Positions 29,253 through 38,165 of a stretch of DNA of 64,000 nucleotides are shown piece by piece; position 1 is the stretch's first letter, and each line of letters begins with the position of its first letter. The stretch comes from an uncultured Clostridia bacterium (lineage in GTDB: Bacteria > Bacillota > Clostridia > Christensenellales > UBA1242). The notes beneath the pieces are model-generated. The model saw only the letters and a list, made by a program, of their open reading frames with translations, had not been told where the DNA came from and did no database searches. The translations under genes were made by a program, and so were the position numbers. The stretch spans positions 430,869 through 494,868 of the forward strand of contig CAKVLP010000001.1 in the NCBI GenBank assembly GCA_934757825.1. Reading direction: 5' to 3'.

Positions 29253-29434
29253 TTAAAAGTCTTTAAGAAATATATATTAAGTGGTAAAATAAGTTAAGTA
29301 ATAAAATATTTATTAAGACAACTTAATTTTGTAGAAAAAAACAACCCAAAGGCAAAAAGCGCGGTTGTTTTTTTGTCAGTTAAATAAACTAATTAAATTT
29401 TACATCAATCAGATTTCATGTTAAAAATTGTTTG

Positions 29435-30553
29435 TTAGTTTTTTATCTGCTCCCAAGGAAATATTTCTCTTCCAAAATGCCCATAGCAAGCAGTAGAGGT
29501 GTAGATTGGCCTTAATAGACCAAGTTCTGTAATTATGTTTGCAGGGCTAAAATCAAAGTTTTTGTTCACATAATTATAGATGTCGCTAAGTGCCTTTTTT
29601 TCAGTGTTAAAGGTATCAATATTTAGGGCTATTGGACTAGAAAGCCCTATACCATATGCAACCTGAACTTCACACCTATCGGCAAACCCATGAGCGACAA
29701 TGTTTTTGGCGACATATCTGGCATAATATGCTCCAGACCTGTCGACTTTGGTTGCGTTTTTGCTGGAAAAACACCCACCGCCAACTTTAGATGCTCCACC
29801 GTATGTGTCGACAACAATTTTTCGCCCCACACAACCCGAATCGCCAAACGAACCCCAAATAGTAAATCTTCCGCTTGGGTTTATTATAAACTTGGTGTTT
29901 TTGACAAGGCTTTCATATTTTTTAAGCACCTTGTTTAAAACATTTTCTTGAATAAGATGTTTGATTTTTTCAAGACGTAGATGTTTCGCATGCGAAACCG
30001 AAATAAGCAGTGTTGTTATTTTAACTGGTTTGTTTTTATAATATTCCACTGAAACTTGGCTCTTGGCATCAGCAAAAAAGTCGTCACGAGTCTTTCTAAA
30101 CTCTTCATATTGTCGCATTATTTTGTGTGCGATAGTGATAGGCAATGGCATATATTCCTTTGTTTCGTTGGTCGCATAACCATATACCATTCCTTGGTCG
30201 TTTGCTCCAATGTTATCTTTGACAACCGCTCTTGTGATGTCTGGGCTTTGCTCGCTTATTTCTTTGATGATTGTAAATTCGTTTTTGTAGCCAATACTCT
30301 TTAAAATTTCCTTGGCAATTCCATCGTAATTGATGTTTGCCTTTGTGGTCGCTTCACCATAAATAAAAAGTTTGTTGTTTTTGATGGCACACTCTACAGC
30401 CATTTGGGAGAGCGGGTCTTGCCTTAAAGCCTCATCTAAAAAGGCGTCTGCTATTACGTCGCAGGTTTTGTCAGGATGTCCAATGTTTACACTTTCACTC
30501 GTTAGGGTGGAGTGATCGTTTTTAACCTGACTTGATGTTAGAAAATTTTTCAT
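29435..30553 (-). CDS. metK: S-adenosylmethionine synthetase
   Basis: 372 aa with ESVNIGHPDK, GANDQGMVYGYA and GGGCFSSKNATKVDRSGAYYARY motifs. Confidence 0.9.
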   Translation of the reverse strand: MKNFLTSSQVKNDHSTLTSESVNIGHPDKTCDVIADAFLDEALRQDPLSQMAVECAIKNNKLFIYGEATTKANINYDGIAKEILKSIGYKNEFTIIKEISEQSPDITRAVVKDNIGANDQGMVYGYATNETKEYMPLPITIAHKIMRQYEEFRKTRDDFFADAKSQVSVEYYKNKPVKITTLLISVSHAKHLRLEKIKHLIQENVLNKVLKKYESLVKNTKFIINPSGRFTIWGSFGDSGCVGRKIVVDTYGGASKVGGGCFSSKNATKVDRSGAYYARYVAKNIVAHGFADRCEVQVAYGIGLSSPIALNIDTFNTEKKALSDIYNYVNKNFDFSPANIITELGLLRPIYTSTACYGHFGREIFPWEQIKN

Positions 30554-30584
30554 ATTTTTCCTTTATTGATAAATTTCCATAAAG

Positions 30585-30725
30585 GGATTAAAAAAATCCC
30601 ATCGTTTCCGATAGGATAAAAATCGTTTTAAATTATTCCCATCGGTCAGCCTTTAGCACCTTGGCTTGTCGCTAGGTTGCTGTGTGGTCAACGGGGCTGT
30701 CCCTCGCACACTCTTTATGGATATA
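30585..30725 (-). promoter_or_regulatory. SAM-I (S-box) riboswitch upstream of metK
   Basis: Carries the same conserved core as the copy at 24035-24180, with a terminator hairpin GGGATTTTTTTAATCCC. Confidence 0.8.
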
Positions 30726-30728
30726 AAT

Positions 30729-30757
30729 ATTCTATATTTTTTAACCGCTTTTGTCAA
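30729..30757 (-). promoter_or_regulatory. metK promoter
   Basis: Minus strand reads TTGACA, 17-nt spacer, TAGAAT. Confidence 0.5.
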
Positions 30758-30917
30758 GCGTATATCTAAAAATGTAATGTGATTTGTCAAACTGTTCGTT
30801 CCGATAAATATGGACAACTTTGACGAGTGGTGTTTAAAATTGAAAATATGTGCAAAATTCGTTTGATAATTTAATCCAAGTGTTTTAAAATATTGCTGAA
30901 AATATAAGGAGGAAGTT

Positions 30918-31502
30918 ATGAAAGAATTTTTTAAACGTATTAAAGTTGTGTCGCTACTTGACGCGACCCTTGCAGTAGTGTTTGGCTTTTTGATGATTTT
31001 CTGCACCGATTTTACTAAGGAGACAATCGTGGCTTTGTTTGCTAGCCTTATCTTGGTTTTGGGTGTTGTGAGAGTTGTCAATTACTTCCTATACGGCATT
31101 GAGCCATTCGGTTTTATCTTTGGGCTTGCCGATGTAGTAATGGGCGTTGTGCTATTTGTTAATATGCACGCAATTGCTTCGTCAAACGTACTAGGCCTAA
31201 TCTTTGGAATTATCCTACTTCTTAAAAGTTTGTTTGACATTCAAGAGTCGTTTGACCTTAGAAGAATGGGCGCTAAATGGTGGTTTGTAGACACAATTAT
31301 GGCTACCTTGGTGTTTGGCTTTGCATTGTCGGTTGTTTGCAATCCGGGCACGGAAAGAGTGTTGTTTACCCTTCTTGGCGTAACACTTATCCTTGACGGA
31401 ATACTTAATATCGTAGATATCTTTGTGGTTTCGGCAAAAGTTAAAAAGACCACTAAGACTATTAAGGATATGTTTAAAATCGACACCGATATCGAAATGT
31501 AA
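30918..31502 (+). CDS. DUF308/HdeD-like membrane protein
   Basis: 194 aa with ~6 TM helices in repeated pairs. AGGAGG RBS upstream. Confidence 0.45.
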   Translation: MKEFFKRIKVVSLLDATLAVVFGFLMIFCTDFTKETIVALFASLILVLGVVRVVNYFLYGIEPFGFIFGLADVVMGVVLFVNMHAIASSNVLGLIFGIILLLKSLFDIQESFDLRRMGAKWWFVDTIMATLVFGFALSVVCNPGTERVLFTLLGVTLILDGILNIVDIFVVSAKVKKTTKTIKDMFKIDTDIEM

Positions 31503-31670
31503 CAAAATAGCGTTTTTATTTAAGTAAAACCATATGCGGGCACTTAATAAAAGCGCTTTTTTTGTGCAAAAAAAACTTGCGATAATTGTATTTTTTAAAA
31601 AATATAATGCAATTTGTGTAATATTATGTTATATTAAAAGTGTAATAGTATTCCATAGAGGGGGAAAGTT

Positions 31671-32486
31671 ATGAAAAAAACAGTTGTCGCAATTTGCTAC
31701 GATTTTGATAAAACGCTAGCAACCAACGATATGCAAGCCTTTCGGTTTATCCCAAACTTAGGTATGACCGAGGCGGAGTTTTGGAAGAAGAGAACCGAGT
31801 TTTCGGAAAAACACAACGCCGACCCAACGCTGTCGTTTATGCTACTTATGCTTGACGAGTGCAACAAACGAGGCATTAAACTAACCAAAAAATATCTAAA
31901 CGATATGGGCAAAGACATTAGATTTTTTGACGGCGTGCTAACGTGGTTTAAGAGGATTAACGCCTATGCCGAAAGTCGTGGAGTCAAACTAGAACACTAC
32001 CTTATCTCAACCGGCAACCGCGAGATAATAGAGGGGTGCCCGATATATAAGGAATTTAAAATTGTGTATGGCTCGGAATATTTGTATGGCAAAGACGGAG
32101 TAGCGTATTGGCCTAAAAACATTGTAAACTACACGCTTAAAACCCAACACTTGTTTAGAATTTGCAAAGGCGTAACATCGCTAAAAGACGAAATGGGCGT
32201 AAACGAGCGCGTGACCAAAAAACACGTTGAGTTTAGAAATATGGTGTACATAGGCGACGGCTACACCGATGTGCCTTGTATGACGCTTGTTAAGGAAAAG
32301 GGTGGCACGGCGATTGCGGTGTATCCTAAAGGCAAGGATTTGGTGAGCAAAAAACTGCTGGAAGACGATAGGGTTAACTTTATTTGCGAAAGCGATTATA
32401 GCGCAAACTCAGCTCTTGAAAAACTTATGAAACTCATAATCGACACTTGCGAATTGAAAGACCGCCTTGCAAAACAAAAGCAATAA
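31671..32486 (+). CDS. HAD-superfamily hydrolase
   Basis: 271 aa with motif I YDFDKTLA (DxDxT) and motif IV IGDGYTDVP. Confidence 0.6.
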   Translation: MKKTVVAICYDFDKTLATNDMQAFRFIPNLGMTEAEFWKKRTEFSEKHNADPTLSFMLLMLDECNKRGIKLTKKYLNDMGKDIRFFDGVLTWFKRINAYAESRGVKLEHYLISTGNREIIEGCPIYKEFKIVYGSEYLYGKDGVAYWPKNIVNYTLKTQHLFRICKGVTSLKDEMGVNERVTKKHVEFRNMVYIGDGYTDVPCMTLVKEKGGTAIAVYPKGKDLVSKKLLEDDRVNFICESDYSANSALEKLMKLIIDTCELKDRLAKQKQ

Positions 32487-32724
32487 AGTTTATGTGTAAG
32501 GCTAAAAGTTAATTAGGTTAGTTTGCTATTGGCTGATTTTAAAAGACAATCGACACAAACTAAAACGTTATGATGAAAAACTTAACGCAAGGATAAATAT
32601 GTTAAAATATAAAAAAAGAACATTGTGTACTCAATGTTCTTTTTTTGTTAATCCGTACTTAAAATGCCTTATATTTTTAAGTGCCATATTGATTAAATAA
32701 ACACCCAAATCTTTGAAGGTTTTA

Positions 32725-34776
32725 TTACAACTTGCAAGCAACGTCCCACGCGCGCCAAATTACAGTACGCAAGTTTCCAACTCTTAACGCGTCGCCAATA
32801 ATGTGAACGTGTTTGTCCGCTTTGGCGATTGGGTTAGGGTTGTAGCCAATTGCTGTGATTACGCTGTCGGCTTTAACCTTGTGCACTTCTCCCGCCTTGT
32901 CGGTAATTTCTGCCGAGTCAGGGTGAATGGCACTAAGTTTGCTTTCCAAGAATACTGGAGTCTTTTTAAAGCGGAAGTAATCGCGTAAGAACGACGAGTT
33001 TGCTAGGCACAATCCGCTAACAGCCATAAGGTCGTTTTTGGACTCAACAATCACTGGCTTTTTGCCTTTTAGGATAAGGTCGTAAGCGATTTCGCACCCA
33101 GTAAGTCCGCCACCAACGATTAGCACGTTGTCGCCAACTTCTTTGCCGTTTAGATAATCAATTGCGTCGATACAACGCTCTGAGCCAGGCATTCTAAGGC
33201 GCCTTGTGGACGAGCCGGTTGCAACGATTATTTCGTCGGCGTCAAGAGTGGAGATGTCCTTAATCTCGGTGTTAAACTTGATGTCGATGTTTAGTTCTTT
33301 CATTTGTCTTGCGTACCATTTTAGTAGCAAGCGGTCTTTTTCTTTAAACACAGGTGCGCTTGCAGGAACAAATACACCGCCCAAGTGTTTGGTTTTTTCG
33401 TAAATAGTAACATGGTGTCCGCGCAATGTGCACACTCTTGCAGTTTCCATTCCGCCAATACCAGCGCCGATTATGGCGATGTTTTTCTTAACCTTGGTTG
33501 GCTTGAAATCGTACTTTCCGCCGTCCATAGTTTGAGGATTTAGCGCACAGCGAGCCATATGCTTAGAGTCTTCCATAGTCGAAGCGCAAGCCACGCCCTT
33601 GTAATGTGCCATTGGGAAACAACCATTGTGACAGCATATGCAAGGCATAATGTCTTCAAGACGATTTTCTTTAAGTTTTGTAACCCAGTGAGGGTCGGTC
33701 AAGAATTGCCTTGCTACACCCATGGCGTCGATTTTACCTTCCTTAATTGCTTTGGAGGCGTCGGCTGGTTCCATACGTCCAGCGCAAACAACAGGCAAAT
33801 TTGTAAAGCCTTTAATGTGAGCCACGTCTTCAAGGTTGCAGTTTTTAGGCATATATCCAGGTGGATGAGCCCAGTACCAAGCGTCGTAGGTTCCGTTGTC
33901 GCAGTTAAGCATATCGTAACCCGCTTTTTCTAGGTATTTTACAGCCTTTTCGCTCTCTTTCATTGTTCTGCCGATTTCCTTAAATTTTTCGCCAGGAACA
34001 GCGCCTACGCAGAAGTCGATTGTTTTGCTTTCTACTGAGTAACGTAGCGAAACAGGGTAGTCGTCTCCGCACTCTGCCTTGATTGCCTTAACAATCTCGG
34101 TGGCAAAACGATAGCGGTTTTCAAAACTTCCGCCGAATTTGTCGGTGCGGTGGTTGGTGTAAGGAAGGGTAAATTGGTCAAGCAAGTATCCCTCGTGAAC
34201 AGCGTGGATTTCCACACCGTCTACACCTGCGTCTTTGCACTTTTTGGCAGTTTTTGCAAATCCAATAATCATCTTTTCAATCTCTTCCGATTTAAGCGGA
34301 CGGCAAGTATAACCTTCTAGCCACCTCGATGGAAGTTCGCTAGGCGAAGCGCAAAGCCTGCTTATGTCGATAATAGGTTTTAACATTCCGCTTAATACCT
34401 TGCTTTTTGCCACCTTGGATAGCGAGTCTGGGATTGAGAACGAGCGTCCAAATCCAGCAGTAAGTTGAACAAACAACTTTGCGCCGGTTTTGTGAAGTTC
34501 TGCCATATATGGTTTTAGTTTTCTGAATGCACCATTTGCCTTGTATAGCCAGCCTCCGCCAATAAGGTTTCTAATAGGTGCAATGCCAGGGATTATAAGC
34601 CCGGCGTCGTGTTGTGCAATGTCCATAAAAAATTCGGCAGCGTCTTTGTCGAAGTGGTGTGGCTCCATCCAGCCAAACAGCGACGTCCCACCCATAGGAC
34701 ACACAACAATACGGTTCTTTATCTCCACCTTGCCGATGTGCCAAGGCGTAAACAAAGTTTCATACTTTTTATCCAT
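32725..34776 (-). CDS. Old-yellow-enzyme-type NADH:flavin oxidoreductase fused to an FAD/NAD(P)-binding domain (2-enoate / 2,4-dienoyl-CoA reductase-like)
   Basis: 683 aa with an N-terminal OYE TIM-barrel domain, a 4Fe-4S cysteine cluster (CICCHNGC...C) and dinucleotide folds (IIGAGIGG, IVGGGLTG). Confidence 0.8.
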   Translation of the reverse strand: MDKKYETLFTPWHIGKVEIKNRIVVCPMGGTSLFGWMEPHHFDKDAAEFFMDIAQHDAGLIIPGIAPIRNLIGGGWLYKANGAFRKLKPYMAELHKTGAKLFVQLTAGFGRSFSIPDSLSKVAKSKVLSGMLKPIIDISRLCASPSELPSRWLEGYTCRPLKSEEIEKMIIGFAKTAKKCKDAGVDGVEIHAVHEGYLLDQFTLPYTNHRTDKFGGSFENRYRFATEIVKAIKAECGDDYPVSLRYSVESKTIDFCVGAVPGEKFKEIGRTMKESEKAVKYLEKAGYDMLNCDNGTYDAWYWAHPPGYMPKNCNLEDVAHIKGFTNLPVVCAGRMEPADASKAIKEGKIDAMGVARQFLTDPHWVTKLKENRLEDIMPCICCHNGCFPMAHYKGVACASTMEDSKHMARCALNPQTMDGGKYDFKPTKVKKNIAIIGAGIGGMETARVCTLRGHHVTIYEKTKHLGGVFVPASAPVFKEKDRLLLKWYARQMKELNIDIKFNTEIKDISTLDADEIIVATGSSTRRLRMPGSERCIDAIDYLNGKEVGDNVLIVGGGLTGCEIAYDLILKGKKPVIVESKNDLMAVSGLCLANSSFLRDYFRFKKTPVFLESKLSAIHPDSAEITDKAGEVHKVKADSVITAIGYNPNPIAKADKHVHIIGDALRVGNLRTVIWRAWDVACKL

Positions 34777-34952
34777 TTTTATTCTCCTTAGGATTTATTA
34801 TTTATAATTTAAAACAAAATAATTCAACTTGTCAAATAATGCGACCGATATTTAAACAAAAAAAAGATTAAGTGTCACACTTAATCTTTGAAAAACGTCC
34901 GCGTTTTATATAAAAATTCAAATGGTAAGCCGTTTTCATAGACCCCAAAAAA

Positions 34953-35591
34953 CTATTTTTTTATTATCCTTAAATCGTAATCTTTGTAAAAAGTTTCGCT
35001 AAGTAGTTTTAGGAATGCGACCAACTTTTTGCCAAAGTAGTCGTCTAAAAAGGCACTTTCGTCAAAATTTTCATCGGCATAAATTTCGATAATGTACTTG
35101 TTGTCCTCAATTAAAAATTTTGTGTCGTGCACGCACAAAAACAAGTTTTTTATTTCGCGTGGCGCAAGAGACTTTTTATATCTTGACTTTACAAAATCAA
35201 GTTTGTCGGCAATGCACAAGCACTTGGAAACTGGCTCCAAAAAGTCCTCGCTACGTTTTCCGCCGTGATTTGCAATTGCGTTGCAAATAATGTCAATGTC
35301 GGCTAGTTTTACTTTGTTTTGCTCCAAGAAGTTGCGGGCAATAATGCTCCCGTTAAGCGCGTGGTCGTCGCGCCCGTCCAAATATCCCACATCGTGCAAA
35401 ACAGATGCTATATATAGTAGTTGTTTTTCCTTTTTGGTCAAATTAAATTGCGAGGCAATACTTTTAGCGTTTTTCAAAACGTGGCTAATGTGCAAAAAGC
35501 CGTGGTCGACATAAAAGTCCTTTTTAAGTTCCTCAATTTTTGTGTAAGTGTCTTTGTAAAACTTTGATTTTTGAATATCTGAGTAGTTCAT
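34953..35591 (-). CDS. HD-domain phosphohydrolase
   Basis: 212 aa with H...HD metal-binding residues (FLHISHV, VLHDVGY). Confidence 0.6.
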   Translation of the reverse strand: MNYSDIQKSKFYKDTYTKIEELKKDFYVDHGFLHISHVLKNAKSIASQFNLTKKEKQLLYIASVLHDVGYLDGRDDHALNGSIIARNFLEQNKVKLADIDIICNAIANHGGKRSEDFLEPVSKCLCIADKLDFVKSRYKKSLAPREIKNLFLCVHDTKFLIEDNKYIIEIYADENFDESAFLDDYFGKKLVAFLKLLSETFYKDYDLRIIKK

Positions 35592-35602
35592 TATTCCTCC
35601 AA

Positions 35603-36460
35603 TTAAATTTGTCTTAGGGTTGTGTCAAGTGTGTTTTTAAGTAGCATTGTTATAGTCATTGGACCGCACCCGCCAGGAACTGGGGATATAAATCCAGCGA
35701 CTTTTGAAACGTTCTCAAAATCCACATCGCCACACACTTTTTTGGTAACTTCGTCGCGCACAATGCCCACATCTATCACTGTTGCGCCCGGTTTTATCAT
35801 ATCGGCGGTTATAAAGTTTTTCTTGCCGACCGCTGTCACAACTATGTCGCACTCACGCGTTATAGTTTTAACGTCCGTGGTTTTTGAGTGACACACGGTC
35901 ACGGTGCCGTTAAGCGAAGTTAGCATATGAAATAGTGGTTTGCCCACCAATATACTGCGGTTTATGATTGCTACCCGCTTGCCCTCAATCGAAATGTTGT
36001 ATTCCTTTAACATCTCCACAACACCCGATGGCGTGCAACTTTTTATAACACTAAGGTCGCCCGAAATCAACTTACCAAGGTTTACATTTGTAAGCCCGTC
36101 CACGTCCTTTTCGGCGCTTATAAGGTTAAGCGCAACGTTTGAATCAAGGTGGCTAGGAAGAGGAAGTTGCAACAAAATCCCGTTTACACTAGGGTCGCTG
36201 TTAAGTCTAATTATGGTGTCGTTGAGTTGTTTTTGCGAAACGGTCGCGTCCAAAATCACCGATTCGGATACAATTCCGCATTCCCCACACGCTTTAATTT
36301 TGCCCGAAACATATATCTTGCTCGCTGGGTCGTCGCCAACCAAAATCACAGCGAGTTTTGGAGCGGGTTTGCCGTGTAATAAAAGCTTCTCCTCAATTGT
36401 CGATTTTATGTTTTGCCTTATTTTGTTTGACAATGCTCTGCCATCTATTATTGTTGCCAT
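35603..36460 (-). CDS. folD: Bifunctional methylenetetrahydrofolate dehydrogenase/methenyl-THF cyclohydrolase
   Basis: 285 aa with YVSGKIKAC, NRSILVGKPL, TVCHSKT and PVPGGCGPMT motifs. Confidence 0.9.
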   Translation of the reverse strand: MATIIDGRALSNKIRQNIKSTIEEKLLLHGKPAPKLAVILVGDDPASKIYVSGKIKACGECGIVSESVILDATVSQKQLNDTIIRLNSDPSVNGILLQLPLPSHLDSNVALNLISAEKDVDGLTNVNLGKLISGDLSVIKSCTPSGVVEMLKEYNISIEGKRVAIINRSILVGKPLFHMLTSLNGTVTVCHSKTTDVKTITRECDIVVTAVGKKNFITADMIKPGATVIDVGIVRDEVTKKVCGDVDFENVSKVAGFISPVPGGCGPMTITMLLKNTLDTTLRQI

Positions 36461-36661
36461 TAGTTCTCCTGTTGTCGCCGTGTTTTTTAAGGCGAGTTGT
36501 TATTACAATTATTATTGTATCATTTTGAAAGATTTGTTGCAAACATTATTGTGGTCGGCAGTGACAAATCTCAAAAAATTTGAAAAACTAAAACTAAAAG
36601 CGTAATATTATTTGGTCGCCCTAATTAAAATATGGTATACTACCTAAAAGGAGTGGGTTAT

Positions 36662-36898
36662 ATGAAGAAAAGTAAGGCAAAAATTTTGGCAGACGCAATT
36701 GAAGGAAGTTTGGTTATGCTAAGCGTTTTGATCTACATAATCCTAGGAATTACCATTGGCTGGTGGCACCCAGGTTGGATCATTGTTGTGGCTACCTGCA
36801 TGATTACTGGCATTGCTTCAATTATAGTTAAAGCGACAGTTGATGTGAAAGCATTTGACGCTAAGGCCGAAGTAAAAGACGAGCCAGAAAAGAAATAA
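36662..36898 (+). CDS. Small membrane protein
   Basis: Start chosen at the ATG preceded by AAAGGAG. 78 aa with 2 TM helices. Confidence 0.35.
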   Translation: MKKSKAKILADAIEGSLVMLSVLIYIILGITIGWWHPGWIIVVATCMITGIASIIVKATVDVKAFDAKAEVKDEPEKK

Positions 36899-36991
36899 TA
36901 ATAACAAAAAAAGGGCGAAGATAATTCGCTCTTTTTTTTACCTTATTTACATCTTAACTTTTCGTATTGATTTATGTGTTAAAGGTGCAAA

Positions 36992-37981
36992 TTAGTCGTT
37001 GTTCTTTTTTACTTTGCTAGCGCGTTTTATGGAATATTCTTTCATTTTGTTGTCCATAAATCCGCCGAAATTCCAAGTTTTTACGATTATGTACACCGGA
37101 ATCATTATTGCCATTGACCCAAACATATCTACAATAAAGTGCTGTTTTAAGAAAACCGTGGAAAGAAGTATCAATATACCAACAATGTAGTTTGTAATTC
37201 TAAACCATAGTTTGGTGGTTTTTTGTTGGTTGTAGAAAAGTAGAAATAGTACTATTCCCATAACGCAATGTTGGCTAGGGAAGCAGTTTATAGGTTTGCA
37301 CGCAGCCCATATATCTACAAGAAATCTGTCGGATATCGTAACTGGAACAAAGTCGGGTTTTGTCATTTGAGTCTGGAAGAAAAAGTAAATAAAGCCACTT
37401 ATTATGAAGGTTATATTTGAAGTAAGCCAAATATCCCAGTAGTGCTTGCGGTCTTTTGTTGCAATGAAAAACACAGCAAATATTACTATCGGGAAGGCCA
37501 GAATATATATGTAACAGAACTCGCTTATAATGGGAATTTTGCTGTCGATTGGAAGCGCAAGGCTTACGCCATCTTTACCAATCCACATGTTTAGTTGCCA
37601 CGAAAATTGTTGGATAATCACTAGCAAAATAAACGAAGGAACTGCCCATTTAATTGCTTTTAAAAACTCCAAAATTTTGTTTAAAAACTTGGATTTTACG
37701 CGCTTATACTGCTTAATCGGCTTTTCTTCAAGTGTTTTGTTTTCGGAATTTTTATCGTCCGATTTTTCATCGCTTTTTATAGTGCCCACATTGCTTGTTT
37801 TTTCCTCGTTAGTTTCTGCGGGTGTGTTGTTTGTCTCCTCGGGGCTAGCAGTTGTTTGGGCGTCAGTGGATTTTTGCCAATCGCTGTCGTTAAAATTGTT
37901 CTTATTTAAAACCTCTGTTTTGCCTGTATTTTCAGAAGCAAGTTTTGCCCCGTTGGTAAGGTCTTGTTGCGTTTTGTCCAT
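36992..37981 (-). CDS. PAP2-superfamily-like membrane protein with a low-complexity N-terminal region
   Basis: 329 aa with 6 TM helices. FPSQHC and HFIVD resemble the PAP2 C2/C3 motifs. The N-terminal ~110 aa are Thr/Asn/Glu/Lys-rich. Confidence 0.45.
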   Translation of the reverse strand: MDKTQQDLTNGAKLASENTGKTEVLNKNNFNDSDWQKSTDAQTTASPEETNNTPAETNEEKTSNVGTIKSDEKSDDKNSENKTLEEKPIKQYKRVKSKFLNKILEFLKAIKWAVPSFILLVIIQQFSWQLNMWIGKDGVSLALPIDSKIPIISEFCYIYILAFPIVIFAVFFIATKDRKHYWDIWLTSNITFIISGFIYFFFQTQMTKPDFVPVTISDRFLVDIWAACKPINCFPSQHCVMGIVLFLLFYNQQKTTKLWFRITNYIVGILILLSTVFLKQHFIVDMFGSMAIMIPVYIIVKTWNFGGFMDNKMKEYSIKRASKVKKNND

Positions 37982-38105
37982 TTAGAGTTCCTTTTGTTTG
38001 TAGTTTTAGGTATTTAAACACGAAACGCCGATTTAAGTCAAACGATAATCCGAGATAATATGCAAATTTTAGTTCGTTTTTAAGCATTTTACTGACATAT
38101 AGATT

Positions 38106-38134
38106 TTGACAACTTTATTTAGATGTGGTAAAAT
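38106..38134 (+). promoter_or_regulatory. leuS promoter
   Basis: TTGACA, 17-nt spacer, TGgTAAAAT extended -10, about 30 nt before the leuS ATG. Confidence 0.55.
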
Positions 38135-38165
38135 CTAATACGTATACGATTTTAGGAGATATTTA